DNA of 64,000 nucleotides. Source: Antedon mediterranea (Eukaryota; Animalia; Echinodermata). Where the stretch lies: the NCBI RefSeq assembly GCF_964355755.1, contig NC_092677.1, positions 18,126,101 through 18,190,100 of the forward strand. Reading direction: 5' to 3'. Below, piece after piece: positions 25,601 through 36,677 of the stretch. Position 1 is the first letter of the stretch. Every line of letters begins with the position of its first letter. Made by a program: the position numbers and the translations under genes. Below the pieces are notes generated by a model. That model saw nothing but the letters and a program-made list of their open reading frames with translations, was not told where the DNA came from and made no database searches.

Positions 25601-27510
25601 GCTTGCGAGCTTCCACAAACTAGATAATTCAACAATTAACTCACATTTTTGGTGAAATATTTTAGCATCTGAATTATTAAGTAGCCTATGAACTTCACTT
25701 GGAAATATATGTTTAGAAGAATAAATAGATCGAAATGACAATTTTGTTGTGTTATGGAATGATGTACTTTTTAATTATTTTGTAATTAACAACCGCGTAC
25801 CCTTTTAAAACCTCCACAAGCTGAAACAAACTGCCGAGTAAATTTTAGCACACACTATTATTATTATTAATAATAATTGAAAAAATAAAATACCTCTGCT
25901 CCTTATTATATTGTCATTTATTTCTCTGAACCTTCCAAAAAGTTTTATTCTTAATTTTTTACAAAGCAGACTATTTTTTAGTCACTTTTAAAAATTATTT
26001 CATGCAGCATCATAGTACAGTTTTTGCATATCCTTATCAAAGAGATCGCACCATTCACCTCGTCCATGTTACACCTACCATGATGCACCTGTGTGTCAAA
26101 AATGTGACTTCCCTTTAGGTGTCCATGACGCACCCATTATGCACATTTTGATTTGAAAAAATCAAATTTAGTTACTAGAAATTGTTAGTGCTTTTCGGGA
26201 CTTTTCAATTGTTATGACCCACTATACAATGTATGGGGTGGTGGTACGTGGGTGACGTCATCGTATAAGGACTTTTTTCATATCGCGTCTGTAGAGAATG
26301 CTTACCGGTGGCGCCAGGCTGCATGGATGATGTGTGCGCTGATTCTGTGACTTAGCCCCGGGGCTAGACCTAGCAATGTTGAATCCAGAAGTTTAATAAC
26401 GGGCGACAATGTCGATGCTGTAGTAATAGAGCAAGTTTATGTAGTTGGTGGACGTTACATAAAGCATTTAAAACATGCACTCAATCTCAAATATTATTTC
26501 ATTATATTATACAACATACAGTTAGTATTATTATAATCCAATATGTTGATAGCAAAATTAGAAGTAAAGGAACTATAATTCAATATTGGAAATTGTGTTG
26601 ATTCTAGTTCATTCGGCCATAGTTACTAAATATGAGGGGTTTTTTTATATTCCAAATGGCCTATTTATTCAAAATGGCATATCTAGGCCTATATTTTTTA
26701 TTAAACTTTGTTTACAGTGGTGCCATAAACAAGCAAATGCGGACAATAAAGGGGCCCTCAAATACTATGATTTAGACAGTAGCCCCAGGGCCGAGTCACA
26801 GAAATAATATTTGAGATTGAGGGCACAATCTCAAATATTATTTCATTATATTATACAACAAATATACAAATAAATAAAATCAACATGTTTTGGCTTTTCA
26901 ATAATAACAGACGTAGGCTATATTTGGTTTTTGTCACACACGACGGTGATAATACTAAATAGCTATAATGAAGCATAAAGAAAATGTTAAGCGGTTGATC
27001 GCTGTTTTCACGATAAAACAAATCCAAAGTCCTTATATGATGACGTCATACACGTAGCTTATTATGACAATTTTATTTTACCGTACCTATAGCAAACGGA
27101 ACTTGGAAGTTAGGATACGGTACCGTATCTTTATTATTAGCCACCGCAATATAAATAAGTACAAACATGCATCGCTCGCAGATTCTTTTGCTTCTGTGCA
27201 CTCACTCCCAAAAAGCGTTGATTCTAGGCCTACTAGCTAGCCTTAGGCCCTAATTATAATCTTTGGCTCTAGGCTAGCTATATCTAGGGTTAGGCCTTCT
27301 ATATCTATATACATAGTTACTCTACCAGGCTTGGCCTAGGAGGGTCTCTATTCTAGGAGGCCGACTGTAGTAATAATATAGGCCTACTAGGCTAGGCCTA
27401 GCCCAATCCAGGGCGCATAATACTACTGTACTATTTTAGTAGGCCTAGGCATAGCCTAGGCCTAGACTAAAAAACTTACCAGTAGCATAGTGTCTGGGAT
27501 ATGAGGGCAT
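16690..27510 (-). CDS. GSTO1: Glutathione S-transferase omega, isoform B (distal terminal exon 16910-16690), ~236 aa
   Basis: Shares the first four exons. The acceptor tttttag|GA at 16910 is phase 1, like the 19441 exon, and gives [14 protein letters not shown]...LKKWIDSM...AVFDF*. AATAAA lies at 16681-16676 on the minus strand. Confidence 0.85.
17035..17114. repeat. 17-bp tandem repeat (TTTTTGGAATACCACAG), ~4.5 copies
   Basis: Direct tandem copies. Confidence 0.9.
17863..18370. mobile_element. MITE with AT target duplication (PIF/Harbinger-ISL2EU-like)
   Basis: AT|AGGGACTTTACGAAAC ... GTTTTGTAAAGTCCCT|AT; it lies between the two GSTO terminal exons. Confidence 0.65.
19179..27510 (-). CDS. 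GSTO1: Glutathione S-transferase omega, isoform A (proximal terminal exon, ends in -SKL), ~250 aa
   Basis: Exons 27510-27480, 23462-23357, 22706-22484, 20972-20843 and 19441-19179 are all GT-AG and phase-compatible. Motifs: [14 protein letters not shown] (omega active-site CPF), [60 protein letters not shown] lies just after the stop. Confidence 0.92.
21055..21171 (+). pseudogene. 5S rRNA pseudogene
   Basis: TACGGCTTTACCACGTTGAAACACCGGTTCTCG..GATCACCGAA..AAGCAACGTTGGGC..GTTAG..ATGGGAGACC..TGGAAATAGCGGGTGCTGTA matches eukaryotic 5S over nearly full length with many substitutions. It is a solitary intronic copy. Confidence 0.85.
22826..22962 (+). mobile_element. Degenerate tRNA-derived SINE head
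   Basis: Box A-like TAGCTTGGTAG, an anticodon-arm-like CTTGCCTTCCAATCCCAAG and box B-like GGTTCAATC. Confidence 0.4.
22978..23190. repeat. 16-bp minisatellite (ATGTATCATGCCCATC), ~13 copies
   Basis: Near-perfect direct tandem repeat in GSTO intron 2. Confidence 0.95.
24327..24333 (+). promoter_or_regulatory. Putative TATA box of the nested lectin gene
   Basis: TATAAAA lies ~90 nt upstream of a strong GTAAGT donor (24420), which would splice to the acceptor at 24981 just before the lectin ATG. Confidence 0.5.
24996..25627 (+). CDS. Secreted C-type lectin (echinoidin-like, QPD/WND galactose-type), ~168 aa, nested in GSTO intron 1
   Basis: Exon 24996-25171 (signal peptide [40 protein letters not shown]) splices in frame to exon 25297-25627 (HLVSI, FWVGL, WRWSD, YTNW, QPDN, EQC, WND, C, YACE). 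A likely non-coding exon ends at 24419|GTAAGT, and AATAAA lies at 25720. Confidence 0.92.
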
Positions 27511-27770
27511 TATGAACAAAAGGTGTTTACTGGGAGAAGAAAATGTGATCAAGCTGAGATTCCGCTTCTGCTAGCTTGACAGTTAGGCCTACACGACGTC
27601 TACAGTATGTGTGACCTGATCCACAACGATGATGAGTATGCACAAAATTGATAGTAGGGGTGTGTATGTGTATTAAACGATTAACGGCGGCCAGTGCACA
27701 CAATGACTCTGCAACTTTGAACAAAAAATAAATGTGGCAATCTAGGCCCTAGCATGAAAATGCTAGAATG

Positions 27771-27814
<44 letters not shown>

Positions 27815-28812
27815 ACAGATTGCAAACATTACAAATAAAAGCCGTATTTTTAATTAACACACAGGCCTAGGGGATGAAATGATCCACAAACACAAATCTG
27901 AGCACACTTCAGTTAGCCTACACCTTAAAACATATTTATGCAAATTAACAGAAATATGCAAATTAAAGATTTCAAGTTCAATTTTAAAGTTTAAGATTCA
28001 TGTTATCTGTCCGTTAGGCCTACATGGAGGTCAAATTTATAAATCCATAGTCCGTATAAATAAAAATAAATATACAGAAATTTGTGATACTCTGGGCAAC
28101 AAAGTTACACTCAAATAACATCACAGACACAGGTGGTTTCAATATGTTTTATTATCAGAGTGTTTTTTAAACTGTTCATAATAGACTTATGCCTATATAT
28201 TCTTTGCCAAAAAATGACCGGAAATGCCATTTTGACCTCTGCCATTATTTTCAAAAGCTTAAATTAGAAGGATGGTTTATATCAAGGCATTCATACGATT
28301 AAGTATTTATTCAAGAATACTAATTTAAAATTCACACATGCGAATAATATGCTAGGCCTATGCAAACTAATGGAATTAGCCAATTTAAAAAATAAAGCGT
28401 GTCTAGTTCAAAAGGACGCAACATAATTTTGAAGAAGAAAATAATTATTTCGAGGGAACGAAAGAGTATTATAGGGCCTACTAATTAATATTTCATCCTC
28501 TATCGAATTATATAACTATAACTTTCAGCATTATGCCTGAGGCAAACCCTACACGACACCGATTGTTACATCGTTGTTGGTTTTTCACTTTCACCTTAAA
28601 AAGCAGATGGAATAGTTAATTATGTTTAGCAAATATTGATTCTAAACACTATTTAGTATAAAAATATAACAATTAGAATTATGCTAATTACCTAATCACA
28701 AAAATCTCTGTTACACGATTTTTTGTTTATTTTTTGAGGATGGACACTATATAAATTTGCATGAAAATGATAACATTTGACGTATCAGGCAGAAATCATG
28801 CATAATGCATGA

Positions 28813-28863
28813 GATCTACTTCCTAAATACGATCTACTTCCTAAATACGATCTATTTCCTAAA
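28813..28863. repeat. 18-bp tandem repeat (GATCTACTTCCTAAATAC), ~3 copies
   Basis: Direct tandem copies. Confidence 0.8.
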
Positions 28864-29875
28864 ATATACTTAACCTACTCTCTAAATAATCTCTCTCAAC
28901 TATTACAAAAAAACCGATTTCAATGGGATTCGGACCCAGGGTCCAGACAATTGCGCCAAGTACAAGCTGGCTTGCCGAAAACCATTGTTACAACCATGGA
29001 TAAAATATGCAGAAGGATAACCATCAGTCTGACATCAAACGTTCCATCTCTGTTGCCAACAAAGCACGGGCCATCCACAATGTTACAAATAAACAAGGAG
29101 TTTATTTATAATGTTTGTTTGATTAAAATTATAATTACTATCTTTTTAGGGACCACATTGGAATTAAGTTGTTTTACTTTAAACGACTTTATGTGTTTTC
29201 CCGTGCATCGTCAGACTTCATTAATCCCGCCATTTTTATTTGCTTTTTTGATGTATTTTAATATTTAAGGTGATTATATATATTATTGACGTATTTTTAA
29301 TGTTATGTATTGAGATGCCAAATAAATGAAAGAAAGAAAGAAAGAGTTTTCTAATAATTTTATTTTATATTATTATTATTATTTAATTTTGTTGGTATAA
29401 AAACATTTTACAAAATGCAGAACAAGTATGAAAATATTATATAATACAAAGACAGGTATAGGCCTACAAAATATAAAAGTGGAAGGAAAAAAAATGTGAT
29501 TAGAATTACATGAATTACTACAGTATTAGTAATCTATAAAGATTGGAAATGTATTGCTTGATACAGTACAGAAAATGAACACAGAAACAGCTTAGTAGAA
29601 CAATTTGATATTGTTTATGTTATTCCACCAGTCGTGTTTCAATTATACATGAAACGTTATGTGTGCTTATTTTTTTACCAATATTAAGTAGAAATACAGT
29701 CTAGAAACTAGACTAGCTCCACGCGTGTAACAAAAACTCCTGTGTGATAAAAAGCGATTTGAATGTAACAATTTATTTTGATGATGATGGGGCACTTTCT
29801 CTTTTTGTATACATACTGTTTTATTAGGCCTAACTTACTTTTATCTATAGGCCTAAACGAATCTAGATAAGAATT

Positions 29876-32800
29876 TTAAACAATCTGGACCCGGCCCTCG
29901 AAACAAGATACAAGTTCCTGTGCGTAGTTGAAGAACTGGACTTTGAATGTTAAATTCTGTGAAGGAAAAGAGAGTAAACACAAATTATGTTTGTTAAAGA
30001 AGTCAAGGGCTATATTAATACACAGTACAATTTATTATGCTGTTCAATCGTTGCAAAGTAGTATTGTACAAAAAAGTTGAATGTATTCGTATAGTTATAA
30101 GCCTATTTTACAACAATGATGGCCTGTTAATATGGAACGCCGGTAATCTCTTCTCTGTGCGGTGACGTCATGCTCTTATACTCGTATGCTCTTTTATTCG
30201 TTCATATACTATTTTAGTATGCTCTTATATTATACAACATGGTCTTATAATCATTCTCAATACTCTTTCGTCATTCTCTTAGGCAAGTTTGTCTTGCTCT
30301 TTATGTAACTTGTACTTTTATACTTATTTGACCAAGAGCATAATAAAAAGAGTATAACCGGCGTTCCATATTATATTGCAAGTGCATAACATTCGCCATA
30401 CACCGCCGCCATCAGCACTGAACAATGGGATTCGCGTCTATATTGTACTTTATACTGTACATGGCGTAACTATTCTTATAACATGCATAGCGAAGAGTAA
30501 CTAGTGCCATCATCGTTTCCAGTCGTTAAACGCGATCATTATATTTAAAATAAAATACAACATAATGAAAGAAAATAAAATTAAAGGGGTTTATTTATTT
30601 TATAGTATAAAATACCCAAGTTGTTTACACACGTCGTCAAAATAGCACGACTTTTCATTTAAACATTATTTATTTGACATTAAATGATTACATTATACAC
30701 TATTCATTGGTAAAAAATATGTGCTTGTTCGAAAAATATTTATGTAGGCATTAGCTAAGAAATAAAAAGAACAGCGAAACGGGAGCGAAACATTAACTGA
30801 CTTTACGAACCTACAATATAAACAGGTTGTGCGTCGAGCATTTTATAAATACGGTACTTGGGCTGTTGACCTATCTAATTTAGTAGATTGAAGCAAATAA
30901 TTTATTCTGATATTCAAATGAACGAAACAGGCGAATTTATCATACAGAAGAACCTACCGGAATATATATGTTCGGACAGTTCAACTTCCAATAAAGCCAT
31001 TCTGAAAGAAACACATTGCTCGATTTTAACTTTTACATAACACAAAATTGCCAAAACCATAAATAAAATCAAATTTAACAAGCTTTGCAAAAAAAAAACT
31101 TGTAATATTGTATTTTTTATGCTAAATTCAAGATTTAATCACAGTAAGTAACGTACACGTCATTGTTATAATCAGTTTAATATGCCTATATAAGTGAGCA
31201 ATAATTTAGATATGATATACCCGTACCAATATACAAATCAACACATTCACATTCAGACCATCAGAAGATAGAAATATTAGAAGTATTAACTTACCTCCCT
31301 TTTTCAATGGAAGTGGGCAGGGATGATAATCAATATCTTCACAACTGACTCCTTGGTCATACGATAGTGGATACTGGTAAATATCGCCATACGTCATAGT
31401 GCCATTATAAAATCCACTATCAAAGTCCGCAACTGTAACAAGGATGGGATAAAAATGTAACAATTAAGTTAAATATGTAATAATTATGTCGGGCAATACA
31501 AAGTATAAAACAACGAAAATTAGCTAATATAAATCCATTCGTTAAACTTTATTAGGGCCTATACACATCTCTGGCTTGTTACATAGCATAAAGTTGCACA
31601 TCGTACGTAATTACCACACGAGTAGAATACTTATTAGGCCTACTAAGTATGCACATTTATGCATTGGCATAATATCTAATCTCGCGCCAACACAATTGTG
31701 ACGTCAATCTAAAGTCAATTTAAAACATACACCCACACCCACCTACACCAACAATTATCACTCTTGTTTCAAGAGACCTAATAGGAACTAAAACTGAGGT
31801 GGGGGTGAGGAAGTAAATTGACCTCTTTAAACTCAACTATGATAATTCTGTTCAACGAGAACATTGTTAAACACTGAAATCATTATTCTCTTAATCAGCT
31901 CTTTTTGCGCATCCAAAAAAACCGACTCGGGACCATTTCCTATACTTTCGATGTTTAGCAATTTGACCACAATCCGAAAATTCATCGTTGTTTAAATATC
32001 GAACGCAACCACATTAAGTCAAATTAGTACACTGATTGGACCAAAAGCATTATGATATAGGATGATCATAATTATTATTTGTATTTAGAATGAACATTAC
32101 TCTCGCATAAGACGTATTAACGATTGTGATTGTTGCCAAATCATTTATCTTCTTCTAGGCCTATTTGTTTTCAACAAACAATATTATTCTTATGCATTTC
32201 AGCCGATTTTGTGGGCATCGTTCTCTAAAACGTGTTGACAGACTATGCATCTCCCCAAATACTATACAATATTAATTGCCCAGTATCGTAGGAATAATAC
32301 AGCATCTCATTTGTATCACATGTTGTATAGTTATAGGTTATAGTTAAGATATTTCTTGTGCCGTATACCAATTGTTTTGAACTGTCAGTTATGGAAGGCA
32401 CACTTACCAAATGGGTTATAACTTGTTCAATATCAATGACATCATCATGTAACCCTGCATTATACTTCCTGGTGGATAGGACTTTTAGAGACGGACTGAA
32501 CCAAATTGTACGTCGAATTCGACGATTTCTGGACCATGTTTCGTTTTGAAAACTTACTTTAAAAAAAGCCATATAATCCTAACTATTCTAACACCTTCTA
32601 AATCTTTTATTGCGGCGCTAAATACCTTACTTTTCAAATTTATTAAAAAATATCTAGTGAAAACCTAGTAGAAAGCAAATCTGTAAAGATCACAGGCATT
32701 AAAAATAACATGGATCCGGAGATACTTATTTTCTTCGGGTAAATGGAAATCTCTTTCTCAGTTCTTTGTTCCTCATTTTAATGGCATCTTATCGGGCAAA

Positions 32801-35800
32801 TCTGTTTTTTTAAATTCCCGCAATAATGCTTTTGAAATGATTTGTAATTGCCTAGTATAAGTTAAATCCATAAGTTAGAACAAGTACAGATATCCCAACA
32901 ACTTTTATGTGGGGAAATATCGGTATACAAATTGGTATGAAAAAAAAATGGTATAACAGAGGAATAGTTTATATTAACGGTTGATTACGTTCAGATAAAA
33001 ATGCCTTTATGTCATGGGAACACTTACAAAAACACTATGATGTCCAATGTAACTTTCTGCAATACCAAGGTATAAGTAATGCAATAAAACACTATTACAG
33101 CGATGTGGGTTTGATTGGTCTTGTTTATTTTTTCGGTTTTTGTCAAATTTATCAATTGTATTTAGGTTTAAGGTTTATATGTTTCATGGTTTTTCACAAG
33201 CACCTTAAGCACTTTAGTGGATATGTGCGCTGTATAAATCTTATTATTATTATTATTATTACAAAGTAAACAATTTGACTAAATTACAGACCCCAATAAT
33301 TCCTTTTCATATAGGCATTTTTTATTAGAAACCAACAACCTTGAACAGTTTTAACATTTAAAATGTGTTTTTTTTTTATTTCTCTTGCATAATTATTATT
33401 ATTATTAGTAGTAGAAGTTTTGTAATAACGGTAACGTTAATTATGCAAAATGTGCTAATCGAATTTTATGTTGAGTTCCCAATCAAAATATGAAAATTGT
33501 TTTAGTTTCACTTTTTCTTTTCCATTGTTTTTGTATATTTATAAGTAATTGTGTTGTTCACATTTTGTAATTGTTTCAGTATAAACGGTTTGGACCCCAT
33601 TCGAAATAAAGTTTTTAAATTTTCGACTTAATGGATTATCATCATGTTTATCTAAGAACATTTAACATTTAGGATTAAATACAATTAAATAAATTAAATA
33701 TCAATGTTTTTTAAGGATAACAACATTTAAGATTGTAGGGTGGGTGTAACGAAGAATAGTGTTTGTAGTGAAGCAGAACTGTGGCTTAGTGGACTTGCTT
33801 TCCAAAGTTCATCTTAAGATGAAAAATAATTCACTTATCCAAGTGAGAGTTTGAACATTACCATGAAAACGTCAGCTAATGGTTCCGGGTTCGAATATCG
33901 GTTGGGGAGACTTTTTCTCATTCTCATAGATTTCCTCATCTTATCGTTTCAAATTAACCAATTAAATTTTAGTATCACCTGGCAGTTTAGAATGAATGTT
34001 CTTTGCCTGTGTGTTTATTATATGAATGAAAGTATCTCTTCGAGGATCCCGCTTCGTGAATAAAATACTGAAATATGAGGGCGTATCAATTTGATCTCTG
34101 GTGCGCGTGCGTACAATTGAGGGACTAGTGCTGTTCCCGCCGTACCACGCCGAGAGTATTAAAGAGTCGCTACCCAATCGAGTTTGAACAATACCCATGA
34201 AATCCCCCAGTCGTCTAATGGTTAGGATATCTGCATATCAAGTAGAAGGTTCCGGGTTCGAATCTCAGATGGGGCTTCTAACTAACGATCGTTCAATAGT
34301 ACTTTTTTCGTGTACGAAAAAAAATATCTTATTGCGTTTGGAAAAAATTGTTTGTTATAGCAAAGAATATATATCACAAGAATGAGTAATCCGCGATTTT
34401 CCCTGTAACAGTAATATTGTCCATGTGGTAGGGCGCCGCCATAAGTGTGGATGTATCTGGGATGTATACAACTTTTTGTGACGGTTTCACTAATCAAAGG
34501 CTGGACCACCGGTAGTATTTTCATGATAAAAAAATGTTATCAACTACATGCCAACATCATGTTAAATACTATTTGGATATTTAATTGTTCGTTTTATGCA
34601 ATTTATTTAGTAAAAACTGCCGTATAAACAAGTTTGCTTTATCAACCGGGCGCTACGATAGCGTGACTGGGCGTGTCGGTGTTTACGCGTTTTCACGAAG
34701 GATAGTTTAATAATATTCCTATATTTAACTTGTTTCTGGTAAAACAAATAAATGTTAATGACATTTAACATTTTGTCCTATTAATAACATGTATTTTATA
34801 CTAATTTATATCATAAAAACAATACTTAATTTACCGGGCGTAGAGTAGTACACGGCAATGGTAAGGAATAGGCCGTGCTGAGTAACGATTCGTTGATTTT
34901 TGGTGTTGCTGTGTTAGGCCTTTTTTGTGAACTAACAAGCATGTTAGTAAATAATTGTCTGTAAAAGTGAATGTACACTAGTTTGTTAATAAATATGTAT
35001 TATAAAATAGTTTACAATTGCAAAAACTATTATCATAATTCTATTTAATGTGACATGTATACTATCTATTAAATCAAGTCTTAGTATGTATACATCCGCC
35101 TTTATGAGGGCGGGCATCACTCACTGGAGCTCTCTGTTACAAATTTCTCATGCAAAAATCGCGGAATACTCATTCTTGTGATATATATTCTTTGGTTATT
35201 ATAGTTTTACTATTATTTTTGAAATATAACAGCGCCGCCTATTTTGTATTTCCGCGAAGATTGAGAGTACATGATGTATAATGTATCACGACGGAAGTAC
35301 ACTGGAGGGATGTACTAATTTAGACCAGAAAAAGCATTTAAATTAGCTTTAGATCGTTTGTATGATTTTGATTAAATAATGGGAGCATACCAAAAGACGT
35401 AGAATCGTTTGAAAAAAAAACCCAGAATTAACCTAGATATTAAGTTCCAGTCGAAGTTTCGTAATGCCTAATGGTGTCGTTGCCTTTCTAGCCTAGCTAG
35501 GCCTGTTAGTATAAATACTTTAACCTAGCTAGGCCTAGGATTGTTTGGTTGTTTGTTGACATAATTAACACAAAATTAGTTTTTCATTTTTTTCATTTCT
35601 TTATTCGACAACAAGCGGTCCAGGGGTGTCGACAGCAACAGAGCGCCAGGCCCATAACACATTTGGGTCCGCAACCCCTAATTGCGTATCATTACATACG
35701 CTACACTTTGCCAAACTAATCGTAGTCCTTACGTGTTATTTTACAATCGGTAAATTAATTTATATAAAAGTTAATTGAATATAAATTTGATTGTAAAAAA

Positions 35801-36677
35801 TATAAATTAATTCATTTTTGCTTTGGAAAAAAGACTAGGTGTTTTTTAGTTCATCTTTTGAACTTTGTTAACCTAAAACCTAGCCTGGCTAAATGCAGAA
35901 ACTTCTCAAACACGTCCAACATGCCCGCATGTAGGCTATCCAGGGTCTGCGAACTACGTCAGGATGGGGCTTGTGTAGTCTGGGTTCCAGACGGAGTTTT
36001 GTCTTAATATTAGTTAAAAGATAAATATTTGGGCACAGATGGCGTTTCATACGTATACTACTTGATTTTGGATACTGTATTTTCAGACAAAAATCGCGGT
36101 CGAAATAAAAACAAATAAATAAAAAAAAAAGATAATACAGACTTGGGGCAAGTCTAGGGCTTGTGTTTCAAAATAATAATAAGCGTCACGCTCTGTTAAC
36201 TACCGTACCCTCTGATGCGAAATGCGAATAATTACAGTAACAATAATAATACTAATGACTTGTTCCTTACGTGCTTCCATTGCTAGTTCTATACCAATCG
36301 AATTATAATTTGATGTCAGTTTTCCAGGTGTATATGTATAATACAAACCCGAGCCATCTGCAAAAGAATACAGGATAGTTATATATTATAAATTTTACCA
36401 ATCGTATATAATAATAGATTTAAATTACCCATAAGGTAATGCCAATCTCTTTTAATCATTTTCCCTAACCCATCAAGATTATCCAAATTTGGCAGGTCTA
36501 CTTACGGCAAGAGTTGGCCACAAGACTTCCGTTCTTATTATGTCCAGATTTCTTGAAGATGTTGATTACCTCTTTAGATGACATAACTTTCATAACAAGG
36601 TCATCACACGACCCATCTTGTTCTGAATAATATACACAGAACGCGAGAAAAATCATTAATATGTATGCTTTGAGCAT
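29876..36677 (-). CDS. Secreted ML-domain (MD-2/NPC2/GM2-activator-like lipid recognition) protein, ~173 aa
   Basis: Five phase-compatible GT-AG exons (36677-36506, 36357-36271, 31432-31295, 31001-30958, 29956-29876) total 522 nt. It has a signal peptide (MLKAYILMIFLAFCVYYS), a C..(x)..CPLPLKKGE motif and a C-terminal FKVQFFNYAQELVSCFEGRVQIV*, typical of ML domains. The family call is by motif recognition. Confidence 0.72.
30128..30373. mobile_element. MITE in the last intron of the ML gene
   Basis: TIRs TAATATGGAACGCCGGT / ACCGGCGTTCCATATTA. Confidence 0.65.
32340..32549 (+). pseudogene. 3' fragment (TM6-TM7-helix 8) of a paralogous GPCR, in an intron of the ML gene
   Basis: Reads SSCNPALYFLVDRTFRDGLNQIVRRIRRFLDH*. 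It has clear nucleotide similarity to 48540-48715 and carries two compensating frameshifts. Confidence 0.75.
32890..33100 (+). mobile_element. Short LINE ORF2 3'-region fragment
   Basis: W.N...KWYNRGIVYI...FMSWEHLQKHYDVQCNFLQYQGISNAIK resembles the post-RT region of the Tx1-like element at 54.2 kb. Confidence 0.45.
33845..34276 (+). repeat. Head-to-tail partial copies of a repeat with an internal tRNA-like sequence (tRNA-like part 34204-34276)
   Basis: 33870-34020 and 34065-34276 match the reverse complement of the two halves of 39505-39827. Box A/B and a cloverleaf are present, with ATC at the anticodon position. Confidence 0.65.
34361..35194. mobile_element. Non-autonomous DNA transposon with ~40-bp TIRs
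   Basis: CAAAGAATATATATCACAAGAATGAGTAATCCGCGATTTT / AAAATCGCGGAATACTCATTCTTGTGATATATATTCTTTG; no clean TSD. Confidence 0.75.

Noticed and set aside
27773-27809. Long poly-A run upstream of GSTO as a retrocopy tail
   Set aside because: I found no recognisable retroposed body or target-site duplication.
32243-32572. 109-aa minus-strand ORF
   Set aside because: It is the antisense shadow of the GPCR fragment on the plus strand.
34204-34276. Functional tRNA-Asp(ATC) with a rare anticodon
   Set aside because: It has stem mismatches, a body unlike tRNA-Asp and a position inside a repeat family, so I treat it as tRNA-like only.
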